Positions 23,436 through 33,237 of a DNA stretch of 35,383 bases are shown here, in pieces (within the stretch, counting starts at the first letter, position 1; each line of letters opens with the position of its first letter). The notes beneath the pieces were generated by a model. It had not been told where the DNA came from and did not search any database. It was given only the letters and a program-made list of their open reading frames with translations. This DNA is from Rhizaria sp. SCN 62-66 (Eukaryota), in contig MEDY01000319.1 of NCBI GenBank assembly GCA_001724265.1, positions 1 through 35,383 on the forward strand, in the 5' to 3' direction. The position numbers were made by a program, and so were the translations under genes.

Positions 23436-26424
23436 ATGAAGCTTATTGTGCTGATTGCTGCTTTGGCAATTGGTTCAGTGAACGCATGGTCACAGGTATG
23501 TTTCTATCCCTTTCAAAACCCCGTTCCTTTTGCTCCACCTCCCTTGCCTCCGAGTCTCCTTCCCCCCCACCTTTCTTTCCCACCTTGTAGACACCTTCCC
23601 TGACCGTTTTCTGTTTTTGATGCTCCTTGTCTATCAAATTTGAGCTGTATTTCTTCCTTTGCTTGTGTTTTTACTCCCGCTCACCCATATTGTCCCACGC
23701 TATGTACCCCCTTTTGCTCTGCTCTCCCTGCAGTTTGTGAGCCAGGCCGGCAACGATGGCCTCCCGTCGCTGCTCGAGGTTTCCGCCTCTGCCCAGGCCC
23801 AGGCCGAGGCTGAGATGACGGTGGACCTCGACGCCCTCCTAGGCGTGAGCACCGAGATCACGGACAGCGACATCACGTCCATGCTCAAGTCTACCCTGCC
23901 TGTCATGAACGCGGCCGAGCAGCACGACCCCGAGGTGCTGTTCGACCTCGACCGCGACTTCGACGCCGCCTCGATTGAGGCCGAGTACGACCTCGACGCC
24001 TTCATCGAGGTGTCGGTCGACATCTCCCCCGTTCTCGTTGAGCTCGACTCCCAGGTCGACGCCGACGCCGAGGCCCTGGCTACCGCCGAGGCCTTTGCTG
24101 AGGAGCAGCTCGCCGCCCAGGCCGACGCCGACGCTGCCACCGTCGCCGAGCTCACCAACCTTGCCGGCATCGCCGCCGAGGCCGACGTGGACTTCGAGGA
24201 CCTCCTCGACTCCGAGCTCTCGACCGTCTCGGACGCGCACTCCGAGCTCACCACGGCCTTCGCTTCCGTCGACACGGACCTCGCCGTCCAGACCGCCCAC
24301 GACGACGCCGCCGGCGCATCCCTGCTCGAGTCCCAGGCCACCGAGGCCGACGTGCCACTGGCGCAGCCCGCGCTGTTTTCGTCGGGCGCCTTCACGGTCG
24401 ACAGCTCGCAGCTGGGCTACGAGGCCGCGCCGTGGGGCGGCCCGGCCTGGTCGCCGCTCTCGCCCATCTCCCAGGTCCCCTTCTACCCGAGCAAGAATGG
24501 TGCACCCCGCATGGCGCGCACCATTACGCCCGAGTCGTCCATCAACCCGTACTGGAACCCGCAGTACCGCTACAACTTCAACCCCTACGTGCCCTTCTCC
24601 TTCGGCGTCGGCGCGCCCTCGTTCGGCCCCCAGGCTAACGGACAGCCCCACCCGGCCTACGGCGGCTACCGCGCACACGCGCCCGGCCCTGCCGACGTGG
24701 CTGTGCAGGCCGTGCCCTCGACCACCGTCGCGCACGCGCTCGTCGAGACCGGCACCAACGTCGCCGCCGAGGCCGAGGCTGAGACTGAGGCCGAGACTGA
24801 GGTCGACGCGCTCGCTGGGTTGACTGCCGAGGAGCGCGCGTTCCTCGAGACGCAGGTCGAGGCCGAGGTCAACGCCGAGGCCCAGGCCGAGATGGCCGCG
24901 CTCGTCGCTGCTGACGCCGCCGCCGCCGGTGACGCCGACGCCGACGCTGAGGCCGAGACCGAGGTTGACGCCGAGTCCGAGACCGAGGCCGACGCCGAGG
25001 CTGAGACCGAGGTCGACGCCGACGCTGAGGCCGAGGCCGAGGCCGAGACTGAGGGCGAGGCTGAGGCTGAGACTGAGGCTGAGGCCGAGGCCGAGGAGGA
25101 GACTCCCCTGGCCCTCGCCGAGCACTCCGCCACCGCCACTTCGACGGCGACTGCGGCCGCGGGCGCCTACGCGCACCTGGACCTCGAGGTCGAGGCCGAG
25201 GACGCCTTCTCCACCATCACCGCACTTCTCGCCGCCGACTCTACCGCTGAGTCCACCGCCGACTCTGCTGTTCACGCCGAGGCGCAGGCCGAGGCCAAGA
25301 CCGAGGCCGAGGCCACGATCATGACTGACGCCGAGTTCGACATGGAGATGGAGGGCGAGCTCGAGTCGTTCGTTGAGCCCACCGCCACTGCTGCCGCTCC
25401 CACTGCTGCCGCCCCCGCTGCTGCCGCCCCCGCTGCCGCTGCTGCTGCCGCTGCTGCCCCTGCTGCCCCTGCTGCTGCCCCTGCTGCCCCTGCTGCTGCT
25501 ACTGCTGCCGCTGCCCCTGCCGCCGCTGCTGCCCCCGCCGCTGCTGCTCCCGCGACCGCTGCCCCCGCCGCTGCTGCCCCCGCCGCTGCTGCCCCCGCCG
25601 CTGATGCTGCTGCTGCGACGACTGCGAACATCGTGGCTCCCCCCGCGGCCGCGCCCGCCAACGACGCGGCCTCTGTTGTGGCCAACGCCGACGCGCTGCG
25701 CAGCTTCGCGGTCCGCCCCGCACTGCTGCCGCTGGCGCCCGGCCAGAAGCCCTACGACGCCGCCGAGTTCCGCGCCGCGCGCCGCGCGCACCGCGCCGCC
25801 GCGCTCAAGGTGATCGCCGACGCGCAGGCCGCCGACGTGGCCAAGGCGACGGCCGCGCTGCGCGCTGAGGCCGCGGCCCGCGCCGAGGCGGCCGAGCTGG
25901 CGGCGAACCCGCCGGTTGACCCGTACACGCTCCCCGAGCCCGAGTACCAGGAGGAGGAAGGCAACCCCAAGTTCTACCCGCTCTACTCGAAGCAGAACGG
26001 CTACGACGCCGACATCAGCGAGGAGGCCAACGCCGCCCTCAACGCGCGCGCCCCCGCGAACCTGTTCCGCATGGCGCGCACCAAGCCCTCTGACGCGCCC
26101 AACTGGATGCGCTCCACGGTGCCCATCAGCCGCTCAGGCGCTAAGGCCGCGCTGGCGCCCGTGACGGCCGAGATGCCCCGCGCGCGCCCGGCCAACGCCG
26201 AGGTGAGCGACGAGGAGGCGCTGCAGACGAAGCGGGAGGAGATGGACAGCGTCATCGCGGCGCTGGCGAGCAAGAAGATCTCCCCCAGCGGCGAGACGGC
26301 GTTGCAGCGGCTCCAGCAGGTCGAGGGCATGCGCAAGAAGGCGACGAAGACCACGATTGTGCGCGAGAACATCCCCACGCGCAGCTTCGAGGTCAACTCG
26401 CCCCTTGAGTACAAGAATCTCTAA
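23436..26424 (+). CDS. Secreted acidic Ala/Glu-rich protein; join(23436..23495,23734..26424), ~916 aa
   Basis: Exon 1 encodes the signal peptide MKLIVLIAALAIGSVNA-WSQ. Phase-0 intron GTATGT...CCCTGCAG. Strong GC3 bias, no second hydrophobic helix seen, no cysteine. Confidence 0.88.
24931..25100 (+). repeat. Coding degenerate hexamer repeat (GAGGCY/GAGACY) encoding EAETEVDA/EAEA
   Basis: Direct reading of the DNA and translation. Confidence 0.8.
25381..25620 (+). repeat. Coding degenerate repeat (GCY/CCY) encoding an (AAAAP)n linker
   Basis: Repeated GCTGCTGCCCCCGCC-like units. Confidence 0.8.
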
Positions 26425-26522
26425 GAAAGGCAACGCAACATGATGCAAGGCGAAGTAATATGAGAAAGCGGTTTGATTGACAAACAAAGGGTACTGGTGG
26501 ATTCTCTGCTCGGCTTTGCTTG

Positions 26523-26553
26523 TGAATGATGAATGATGAATGATGAATGATGA
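26523..26553. repeat. (TGAATGA)4.4 tandem repeat in the 3' flank
   Basis: tgaatga x4 followed by tga. Confidence 0.85.
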
Positions 26554-26812
26554 GCTTTGCGCTCACTTTCTTTGATACACGACAATACACAATTTGATAC
26601 AAACGAATGATTTCATCTCTATTTGCTATCTGAATTGGTTCAACGAAAGAGAGGACAATACCAGTCTGCCCCCCAACCACTCGTTTTTGTTTGACCAATG
26701 GTGAGAGCAGGGTGAGGTCGGGGTTAAGGAGAGTGATTGCCTTGCGATAGAAGGTCCGTTATTTGCGTTAACCGTTCGATATCAGATTGATATATTAGTT
26801 TCGCATATTGTC

Positions 26813-28001
26813 ATGTTTTCCCGGGCTGTTTCACTGCGCAAACCGCTGCTCACGGCGCATCTCCCGCGGCGGCTCATGACGAGCGTGCACGACCCACAAG
26901 CTGGCCGCATCGAGCTCATCTGCGGTCCCATGTTCAGCGGAAAGACCACCGAGCTATTCCGCCGCCTTCGTCGCCACGAGCGCGCGGGCCGTTCCGTCCT
27001 TTTGCTAAAGTTTGCAGGCGACTCTCGCTACATCGACGCCACTGCAAGCGACGGCGAAGGCGACAGTGCCCATCTGAGCATCAATGACAAGAGCAAGAGC
27101 AGGAACACGGAGGCTGTGACGCACAACAACGATCGCTTTGCCGCCATTGCCACCGATACCATCTCCGCGCTTCTCTCCCCTCCGCTCGCAAGCGCTAGCT
27201 CGAGCTGCAGCAGCAACGGTGCCGCTGTGTCGGCAGCAGCGGTCACGACCAACTCTGCGGACTCTGCCGCGTCCGCCGCGCTGGAGGCCGCCCGCGCCCG
27301 CCTGCGCGCGGCCGAAGTGGTGGGCGTGGACGAGGGCCAGTTCTTCCCCGACCTGGCGCTCGCCGCCGAAGCTCTGGCGGCCGCGGGCAAGACAGTCGTG
27401 GTGGCCGCGCTCGACGGGGACTTCCGCCGCGAGCCCTTCCCGGCAGTGGCCGCGCTGCTGCCCAAGGTCGAGGCCGTGAGCAAGATCCTCGCCGTGTGCA
27501 AGCGCTGCGGGGCCGACGCGCCCTTTTCTGCCAGGTACGATGCCGTCGCGCTTGATATAGAAGAAATAATGCATAACACACTTTAGCGGAGTATATCTCA
27601 GATAAATGAAACAAAACTATGAATTCTAAACTCTTTAGATGCTCAGATTTAATAATATTTCTTACTACTTTTTGCTTTTAAAGATCTATCTCACTTTTTA
27701 ACCTTTAAATCCTGTTTTGTTAAATCATGTTCGTTGTCGTTCTAATCTCCCTATCGTCCATGCTGACTACACGCGAACTCACTGACCGACCGACCGACCG
27801 ACCGACCGACCGACCGACCGACCGACCGACCGACCGACCGACCGACCGACCGATTGCATCTCGCGCCCGCACATCCGCAGGATCACGACCGAGACGGACG
27901 TGGTGCTGATCGGCAGCGAGGACAAGTACATGGCGACGTGCCGCACCTGCTATACCTGCGTGACTGCTGGAGCGACGCAGTCAGAGGCAGCAAACAAGTG
28001 A
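26813..28001 (+). CDS. TK1: Thymidine kinase, type II/TK1 family, with mitochondrial-type presequence; join(26813..27534,27881..28001), ~280 aa
   Basis: GPMFSGKTTEL, VGVDEGQFF, ALDGDFRREPF, CKRC. A phase-2 intron (GTACGA...CCGCAG) restores FSAR|ITTETDVVLIGSEDKYMATCRTCY, the lasso and second Zn-binding pair. Confidence 0.95.
27784..27853. repeat. Perfect (GACC)17.5 microsatellite in the TK intron
   Basis: 70 nt of uninterrupted GACC units. Confidence 0.97.
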
Positions 28002-28596
28002 GAGCAATCAGGCGATCGAACGAACAACACAGCGAGCGTGAGTTGGGATACTGTATTTAAAAGTGTATAGGACATGGTACTGGTATTTATTGCTATTATA
28101 ACATGCAAACTGGTCATTTCAATAAGAAGAAGCAACAATCAATACACATATGCGATTGCAAACTGAGCAGCAGTGTAAACTGAAGTGAAAATAAGTAACA
28201 AACAATGTCTTAATGATGTTTATGATTTTTTTGTCAATCAAAGTAGTAATAGAATCTTTCGTTGTTTGTGTTTGTGTGATTGTTGGCGTAGGAGTCGAAG
28301 AAGCGAAACTGATCAGAGACAATGACAGAAGCATGGCAGTGACATCGATTGCGACAGCGCAAGTAACATTGACAGATAGCGGACCACAAGGCACGTGTAG
28401 CACACGCAATGATGGTGTGCAGTGCTGCGGCAATAGCTGGCTGGAACTGAGACTCTTCACTATGACAACTGACTGAAACGTCCGTCCTGCATCCGGACTC
28501 ACTGAAGCTTAAAACCAAGTTTACGACAATTTTATTTGGTCAAACTTAAGTTAAGTTTTACCAAATATAATACTTACATTTCCACATTGATTGCAT

Positions 28597-28775
28597 GCAC
28601 GCGAATACTATGGGTACTTCGCGTGTCACACACTTCACTGCGGGCAAATAAAAGTTTTGTTCGCAATAACTAACCCGGGCACCGTGACCGTGGGCGCGCT
28701 GCTCAGTCCTTAGATCGATCTAAGCACTGGCGCTGCAGCCTTAAGGTAGAAGGGCCCCGAGCTCTGCAGACTTTT
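28597..28775 (+). ncRNA. Candidate structured element (three or more consecutive hairpins) between convergent genes
   Basis: Stems at 28598-28625, 28639-28665 and 28696-28733; a GC-richer island in an AT-rich spacer; no family recognised. Confidence 0.3.
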
Positions 28776-29439
28776 GGTGATAATAGTAATTCAAATTTGC
28801 AAAGTTTGTTGCATTACAACACGCAGTGCAAGGGTCAGACAGGACATACACAGACATGCAATAATGCTCATGTAATTGACCTTACTGACCTTCAAAGCAA
28901 TAAATAACACAAAGAGAGCAGACGACACAAAAAGAACAATAAATGATGTGATCAATGCGGGAGTACACGGAGTAATCGGGCAAAGATACGCGCAACAAAG
29001 AGAAAACAACAAAAGCAACAACAAACTAACATACAGGGAGAACTAGGGAAGAGATATGACTTGAGAAGGATGTAAAAATACACTAGGACAGAGCAAAACA
29101 TAGTAGTAGAGCTGAGTTGATGTAGCGTCACATCAGCAATGAAAGCTCTCAAGAATAACTTACTTAATGAACAAACACACAAACGCAGACATCGCATCAA
29201 CATGCATACAAGAAACTGTAACGTACATTTTTGCTTGTTTCCTAACTCAAAAAATTGGCAAAGCGATGTTCAGTTCAGTACTACACAGCAAGTTATCAGT
29301 TTCTTTCCTTGTGCATGACAATAATGCAGTCTGTTATGTTTTTTTTTCTTCGTTTCGCGCTGAAGTCTTGCACTTGCGCAGCTCATGTTAACTATGGTGC
29401 GACAACGCACACGTCTCGTCAAGCCGCAGCACAGCTGCG

Positions 29440-32403
29440 TTAGAGCTGCGACGAGCACCAGGAGTAGGTGCAGAAAGTGATGAAAGCGTAGATGGCGATG
29501 GACAGCACGTAGAGCGAGAGGTTGAGGCGGCCCTTCCAGATCGAGAGCTCGACCTTGTTCTTGCGCATCACGAACGCGGCGCCGAGCGTGACGGCGAAGA
29601 AGATGAAGATGTTGGCCGACTGGATCACGGCGGCGCGGAAGAGCTTCTGGTGGCCCGGCACGAGGATGGGCTTGCCCGTGGCCAAGACGGAGATGAACCA
29701 CGGCAGCCCCAGCCCAACGAGGATGTTGGTGATCTGCGACCCGATGCAGTTGGACGTAGCCATAGAGCCGTAGCCGCGGCGCGCGACTGTGACGGACTGG
29801 ATCATGTCGGGGATCTCTGCGCCGCCGGCCACGAGCACGAGTCCGAAGAACTCCATCGACACGTTGACCTTGTCGACCCACTGGCCGACGACGGCGGAGA
29901 TGATCATCGCGAAAACGGCGACCCAGAGGAACGAGATGGCGAAGGCGGGCAGGTACCACCGCTCCCAGGGCCCGCCCGGCACGGCGTGCGGACACGTGAT
30001 GCGGAACAGGAACTTGAGGGGCGCGGTCAGCACACCCACAGTCTTGCCCACACACCCGGGGGGCTCCTCCTCCTCGTCCTCCTCGCTGAGCGCCAGCGCC
30101 TTGCCGTCACTGTCGCAGTCACTATTGCAGTCAGAGCTGTCGCCGTCGTCGCCGAGCATCACCACGCCCGTGCCCTCGCGCAACGTGCCGTAGTGCGGAT
30201 CCCGCCCCGTCGCCGACTGCGGCATCAGCCGCGACGCTGAGTTCTCGTGGTCGTGGCCGTGCTGGTCCTTGTTGCTGAGGCCGGCGTGACCGTCGTTGTT
30301 GTTGATGCCGCCACCGCTCTGGGGTACGACCACCAGTGAGTGGTCGCCGCCCGCGCTGTGCACCAGCTTGGGCGCCACGTACCCGCTTCTCGCAGCAGCG
30401 CCGTCGTGGCGGCCGTGACCGTGGGCGTGAAGAGTATGACCGTGGTGACCATGGTGTCCGTGGTGGTGGTGACCGTGGGCGGCGGCAGCGGCGGCGGCGG
30501 CCTTGGCCTCGCGCGCTCGCTCGCTCACGCCGTACCCGGGGTAGCCGCGCGCCAGACGGAGACCGCGGAGGTTAATCTGACGCAGCACAGCACTGCGCGC
30601 GACCGTGTGGCGCGCGGCGGGCGCGGGCGCTGAGGGCGCGGCGTCGGGCAACCCGCGCAGCGAGATCTGGCGCAGCAGCGCGCGCCGGGCCGCGCTGGGG
30701 GCCGCGACGGGCGCGGGCACGTTGGTGACCTGCGTTCCAGTAGCAGTGCCCGGGCTAGAGCCGCCGTGGGAGTCATCGCCGTGGGTGTCGCCGCTGGCGT
30801 CGTTGATGGTGAGCACGGTGACGCCTGGGCCAGACTCTTTCGCGCTCTCATTGCTCTCGCCGTTGTTCTTCTGGCTGGTGCTGCCGTCGAGGTCTAGGCG
30901 GGCGGGCTCGGCGAAAGACACGCGCATCGACCGGGGCGTCGACTTGAGCAGCCCGGGGCTAGATCCGGCGGCAGAGCCGGCGATGGAGATGTCCTTGCGC
31001 TCGCACGCGGCCGCATTGGCGTCGTTCTCGTCGTAGGTGTTGCTGATGTCGAGGATGCCCGTGATGGGCGAGCCCAGCGTCGTCGCATTCACGGGCACAT
31101 CCGCAGTCGCAGTAGACGCGGGCGCAGTCGCAATGTCAGAGCCCGGGGTCGTGTTGCCGTTTCTGTTGGCGGTGATCGTGACTGCGCTGCCGCCGCGGGG
31201 TCGCTGCTTGCCAGAGAGCAACGCGCTGTGCGAGATGACCTGGCTGCCTGCCTGCTGCTTCTTGCTGCTGCTGGACAAGCCGTGGTTCTTGACGATGTAC
31301 CCACTGTCGTCGTCGTCGTCGTCGTCGTGGAAGTAGTCGTTGTGTTCGCCGTCGCTGTCGAGCCCGACGTAGTCGTCGCCGTTGTAGACTTTCCTGCCCT
31401 TGTTCAGCGACAGGGGCCCCACGCCGCCGCCAGACCTGTTGCCTACCAGCGACGACGCCTGCTGCGGCATGCGGCCGCCGCCGACGCTGCCGCTGACGCT
31501 GCCGGCGGCGCTGGTGCCGGCGCCGGGGGCGGCGCGGCCAAGCTTGGCGGCGACGGCGGCGGCCTGGTCGGGCACTTGCACACGCTTATTCTTGCTGTTC
31601 TTGCTGTTGTTGCTGCCGCTCCTAATCTTGTCGCGGTCAGCCTCGCCGCGCGAGATGCCGGCGCCGCTGTCGCTGATGTTGTCGTCGTCGTCGTCGTCCT
31701 CGGCGGCGCGGTCGGCGAGCAGCGCGGCGGACGAGGCGGAGGAGCCCGCGACGGAGACGCCGGCGCGCGACACGAATGACACGGAGCGCTCGAGGATGTA
31801 CTGGCTGCGCGACTCGGCGTCGGGCAGCGAGCGCAGCGTCCACCAGGTGCGGATCTGCGGCGAGAAGAAGACGACGAGGAGGTAGACGACGTAGATGGAG
31901 ATGAGGATGGCGCCCTCGTGGATGTGGATCTCACCGTCGGAGAAAAAGACGCACAGCGCGGTCAGCGAGGCCGAGTAGAAGATGACGTCGCGGAGCAGCG
32001 GGCGGCGCTTGATGATGAGCGCCTCGCCGGAGCCGGAGAGCAGCGTGCACATGGACGGGATGCACATGAAGGCAATCATGCCGGAGCCGATGATGGCGCC
32101 CACGCCGAGCTCGACGTCCTCCGAGCCCTTCATGGTGGTCACGGCGTTGATGATGATCTCGGGGGCGGCGGAGCCGAAGGCCATGAAGGAAGCGCCTGCA
32201 ACGTCCTCGCGCACGCCCCAGCGCAGGCAGAGCGTCTCGAGCGACGGCACAAGGTACTCGTCGCACACGATGGCGAGCCCGGCGAAGGCGTAAAAGAGGA
32301 GCACGAACTCAAGCACGACGCCCGCCCAGTGGCCGTCGATGGCGTCCAGGCACAGGTTCTGCCAGCCCTCGGCGCACTCGATCGCCAGGGACACGGGGAA
32401 CAT
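29440..32403 (-). CDS. Ca2+/cation antiporter (CaCA), NCKX/SLC24-like
   Basis: LAIVCDEYLVPSLE, alpha-1 DVAGASFMAFGSAAPE..GVGAIIGS, RPLLRD, alpha-2 GLVLVAGGAEIPD..VARRGYGSMATSNCIGSQITNILVGLGLPW. Two TM bundles separated by a ~600-aa hydrophilic loop. Confidence 0.92.
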   Translation of the reverse strand: MFPVSLAIECAEGWQNLCLDAIDGHWAGVVLEFVLLFYAFAGLAIVCDEYLVPSLETLCLRWGVREDVAGASFMAFGSAAPEIIINAVTTMKGSEDVELGVGAIIGSGMIAFMCIPSMCTLLSGSGEALIIKRRPLLRDVIFYSASLTALCVFFSDGEIHIHEGAILISIYVVYLLVVFFSPQIRTWWTLRSLPDAESRSQYILERSVSFVSRAGVSVAGSSASSAALLADRAAEDDDDDDNISDSGAGISRGEADRDKIRSGSNNSKNSKNKRVQVPDQAAAVAAKLGRAAPGAGTSAAGSVSGSVGGGRMPQQASSLVGNRSGGGVGPLSLNKGRKVYNGDDYVGLDSDGEHNDYFHDDDDDDDSGYIVKNHGLSSSSKKQQAGSQVISHSALLSGKQRPRGGSAVTITANRNGNTTPGSDIATAPASTATADVPVNATTLGSPITGILDISNTYDENDANAAACERKDISIAGSAAGSSPGLLKSTPRSMRVSFAEPARLDLDGSTSQKNNGESNESAKESGPGVTVLTINDASGDTHGDDSHGGSSPGTATGTQVTNVPAPVAAPSAARRALLRQISLRGLPDAAPSAPAPAARHTVARSAVLRQINLRGLRLARGYPGYGVSERAREAKAAAAAAAAHGHHHHGHHGHHGHTLHAHGHGRHDGAAARSGYVAPKLVHSAGGDHSLVVVPQSGGGINNNDGHAGLSNKDQHGHDHENSASRLMPQSATGRDPHYGTLREGTGVVMLGDDGDSSDCNSDCDSDGKALALSEEDEEEEPPGCVGKTVGVLTAPLKFLFRITCPHAVPGGPWERWYLPAFAISFLWVAVFAMIISAVVGQWVDKVNVSMEFFGLVLVAGGAEIPDMIQSVTVARRGYGSMATSNCIGSQITNILVGLGLPWFISVLATGKPILVPGHQKLFRAAVIQSANIFIFFAVTLGAAFVMRKNKVELSIWKGRLNLSLYVLSIAIYAFITFCTYSWCSSQL

Positions 32404-33120
32404 AATGACGGGGTAGCGGCGGCGGGCGCAAAAGGGACGCAGAGCGTGGGGGAGCGAGTGAGGCGGTCCAGGGAGCGGGAAAGGGGTAGCGAGGGAGGTA
32501 GCCTGCGGAGCGGCGGGCTTTTTACTCTCTTAAGTGCGACCCGAGGTAAACAGAGACGCGGTTGCGTGGGAACAAGCTCACTGGCAACAAAACACAGCGA
32601 GAAAATGCGTCAATGCGTGGAAGAGAGCGTTGGAGAAGCTGAAGCGGGGCACGACGTGCATACAAGCGACGGGCAAAAAGACATGCAACGGCAAAAGTGA
32701 CGCGGAATTCGGGTGAGTGTGTGTGCAGCAGAGCGGGAGTCGGCATAAAGTACAAAAGAGGTTTTATAGATTTCACTTCAAAAAGTACCCGTTTTAGTTG
32801 TTGAAATGCAGTTATACGGAGAGTAGAGGCACGAAACATGGCATTTCTGAGTTGCCGACGTAGCCCGATTCCGGACTGGGGCTAGTTGTGGTTGTTTCGA
32901 TGGCCGCTCGAGGTGCTGCCAAAAAACACAATTTCCAGGAGTCGCTGATCGTCATACTTGAAATACGTTGCATTTTGATGGTGTTACATTCCTTTTCAGT
33001 TTGAATTTGAATTGTTATCCGCCCCAGACGCTGTCCTTGTCCTTCTGCAGCTCACCCGATTTCCTCTGTCTTGCTGCCGTCTCTCACTGCCCGTCGTCCC
33101 ATCTCCCAGACGCGTCCCCG

Positions 33121-33237
33121 ATGCAGTCATGGCGCGAAGTGTCGCTCCAGTGGTTCATGGTTGCCGCTTTTGCCGTCCTCTTTTACTACATCTACCTTGC
33201 TGGAACAAAGTCCTCTTTGATCAAGCCTCTTTTTTGA
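33121..33237 (+). CDS. Candidate single-pass micropeptide or terminal exon of a small membrane protein
   Basis: MQSWREVSLQWFMVAAFAVLFYYIYLAGTKSSLIKPLF*, with C-ending codon bias. Preceded by a pyrimidine tract and CAG (~33107-33109), suggesting an upstream exon. Confidence 0.45.
   Translation: MQSWREVSLQWFMVAAFAVLFYYIYLAGTKSSLIKPLF

Noticed and set aside
27784-27853. CRISPR-like array or coding TDRP repeat
   Set aside because: Simple 4-bp microsatellite without spacers, inside an intron.
28213-28476. 87-aa ORF with a hydrophobic N-terminus
   Set aside because: Hydrophobicity derives from TG-rich 3'-flank sequence; no other support.
28570-28680. U1 snRNA (ATACTTAC) or telomerase RNA template (CTAACCC)
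   Set aside because: No CTGG continuation, U1-70K loop or Sm site in the right positions; the template match is only 7 nt.
1623-32700. Numerous long antisense and alternate-frame ORFs (e.g. 23839-25791, 2272-3252, 6129-7241, 14132-15268)
   Set aside because: Shadow ORFs expected from high GC3 and repeats; they overlap well-supported genes and show no motifs.
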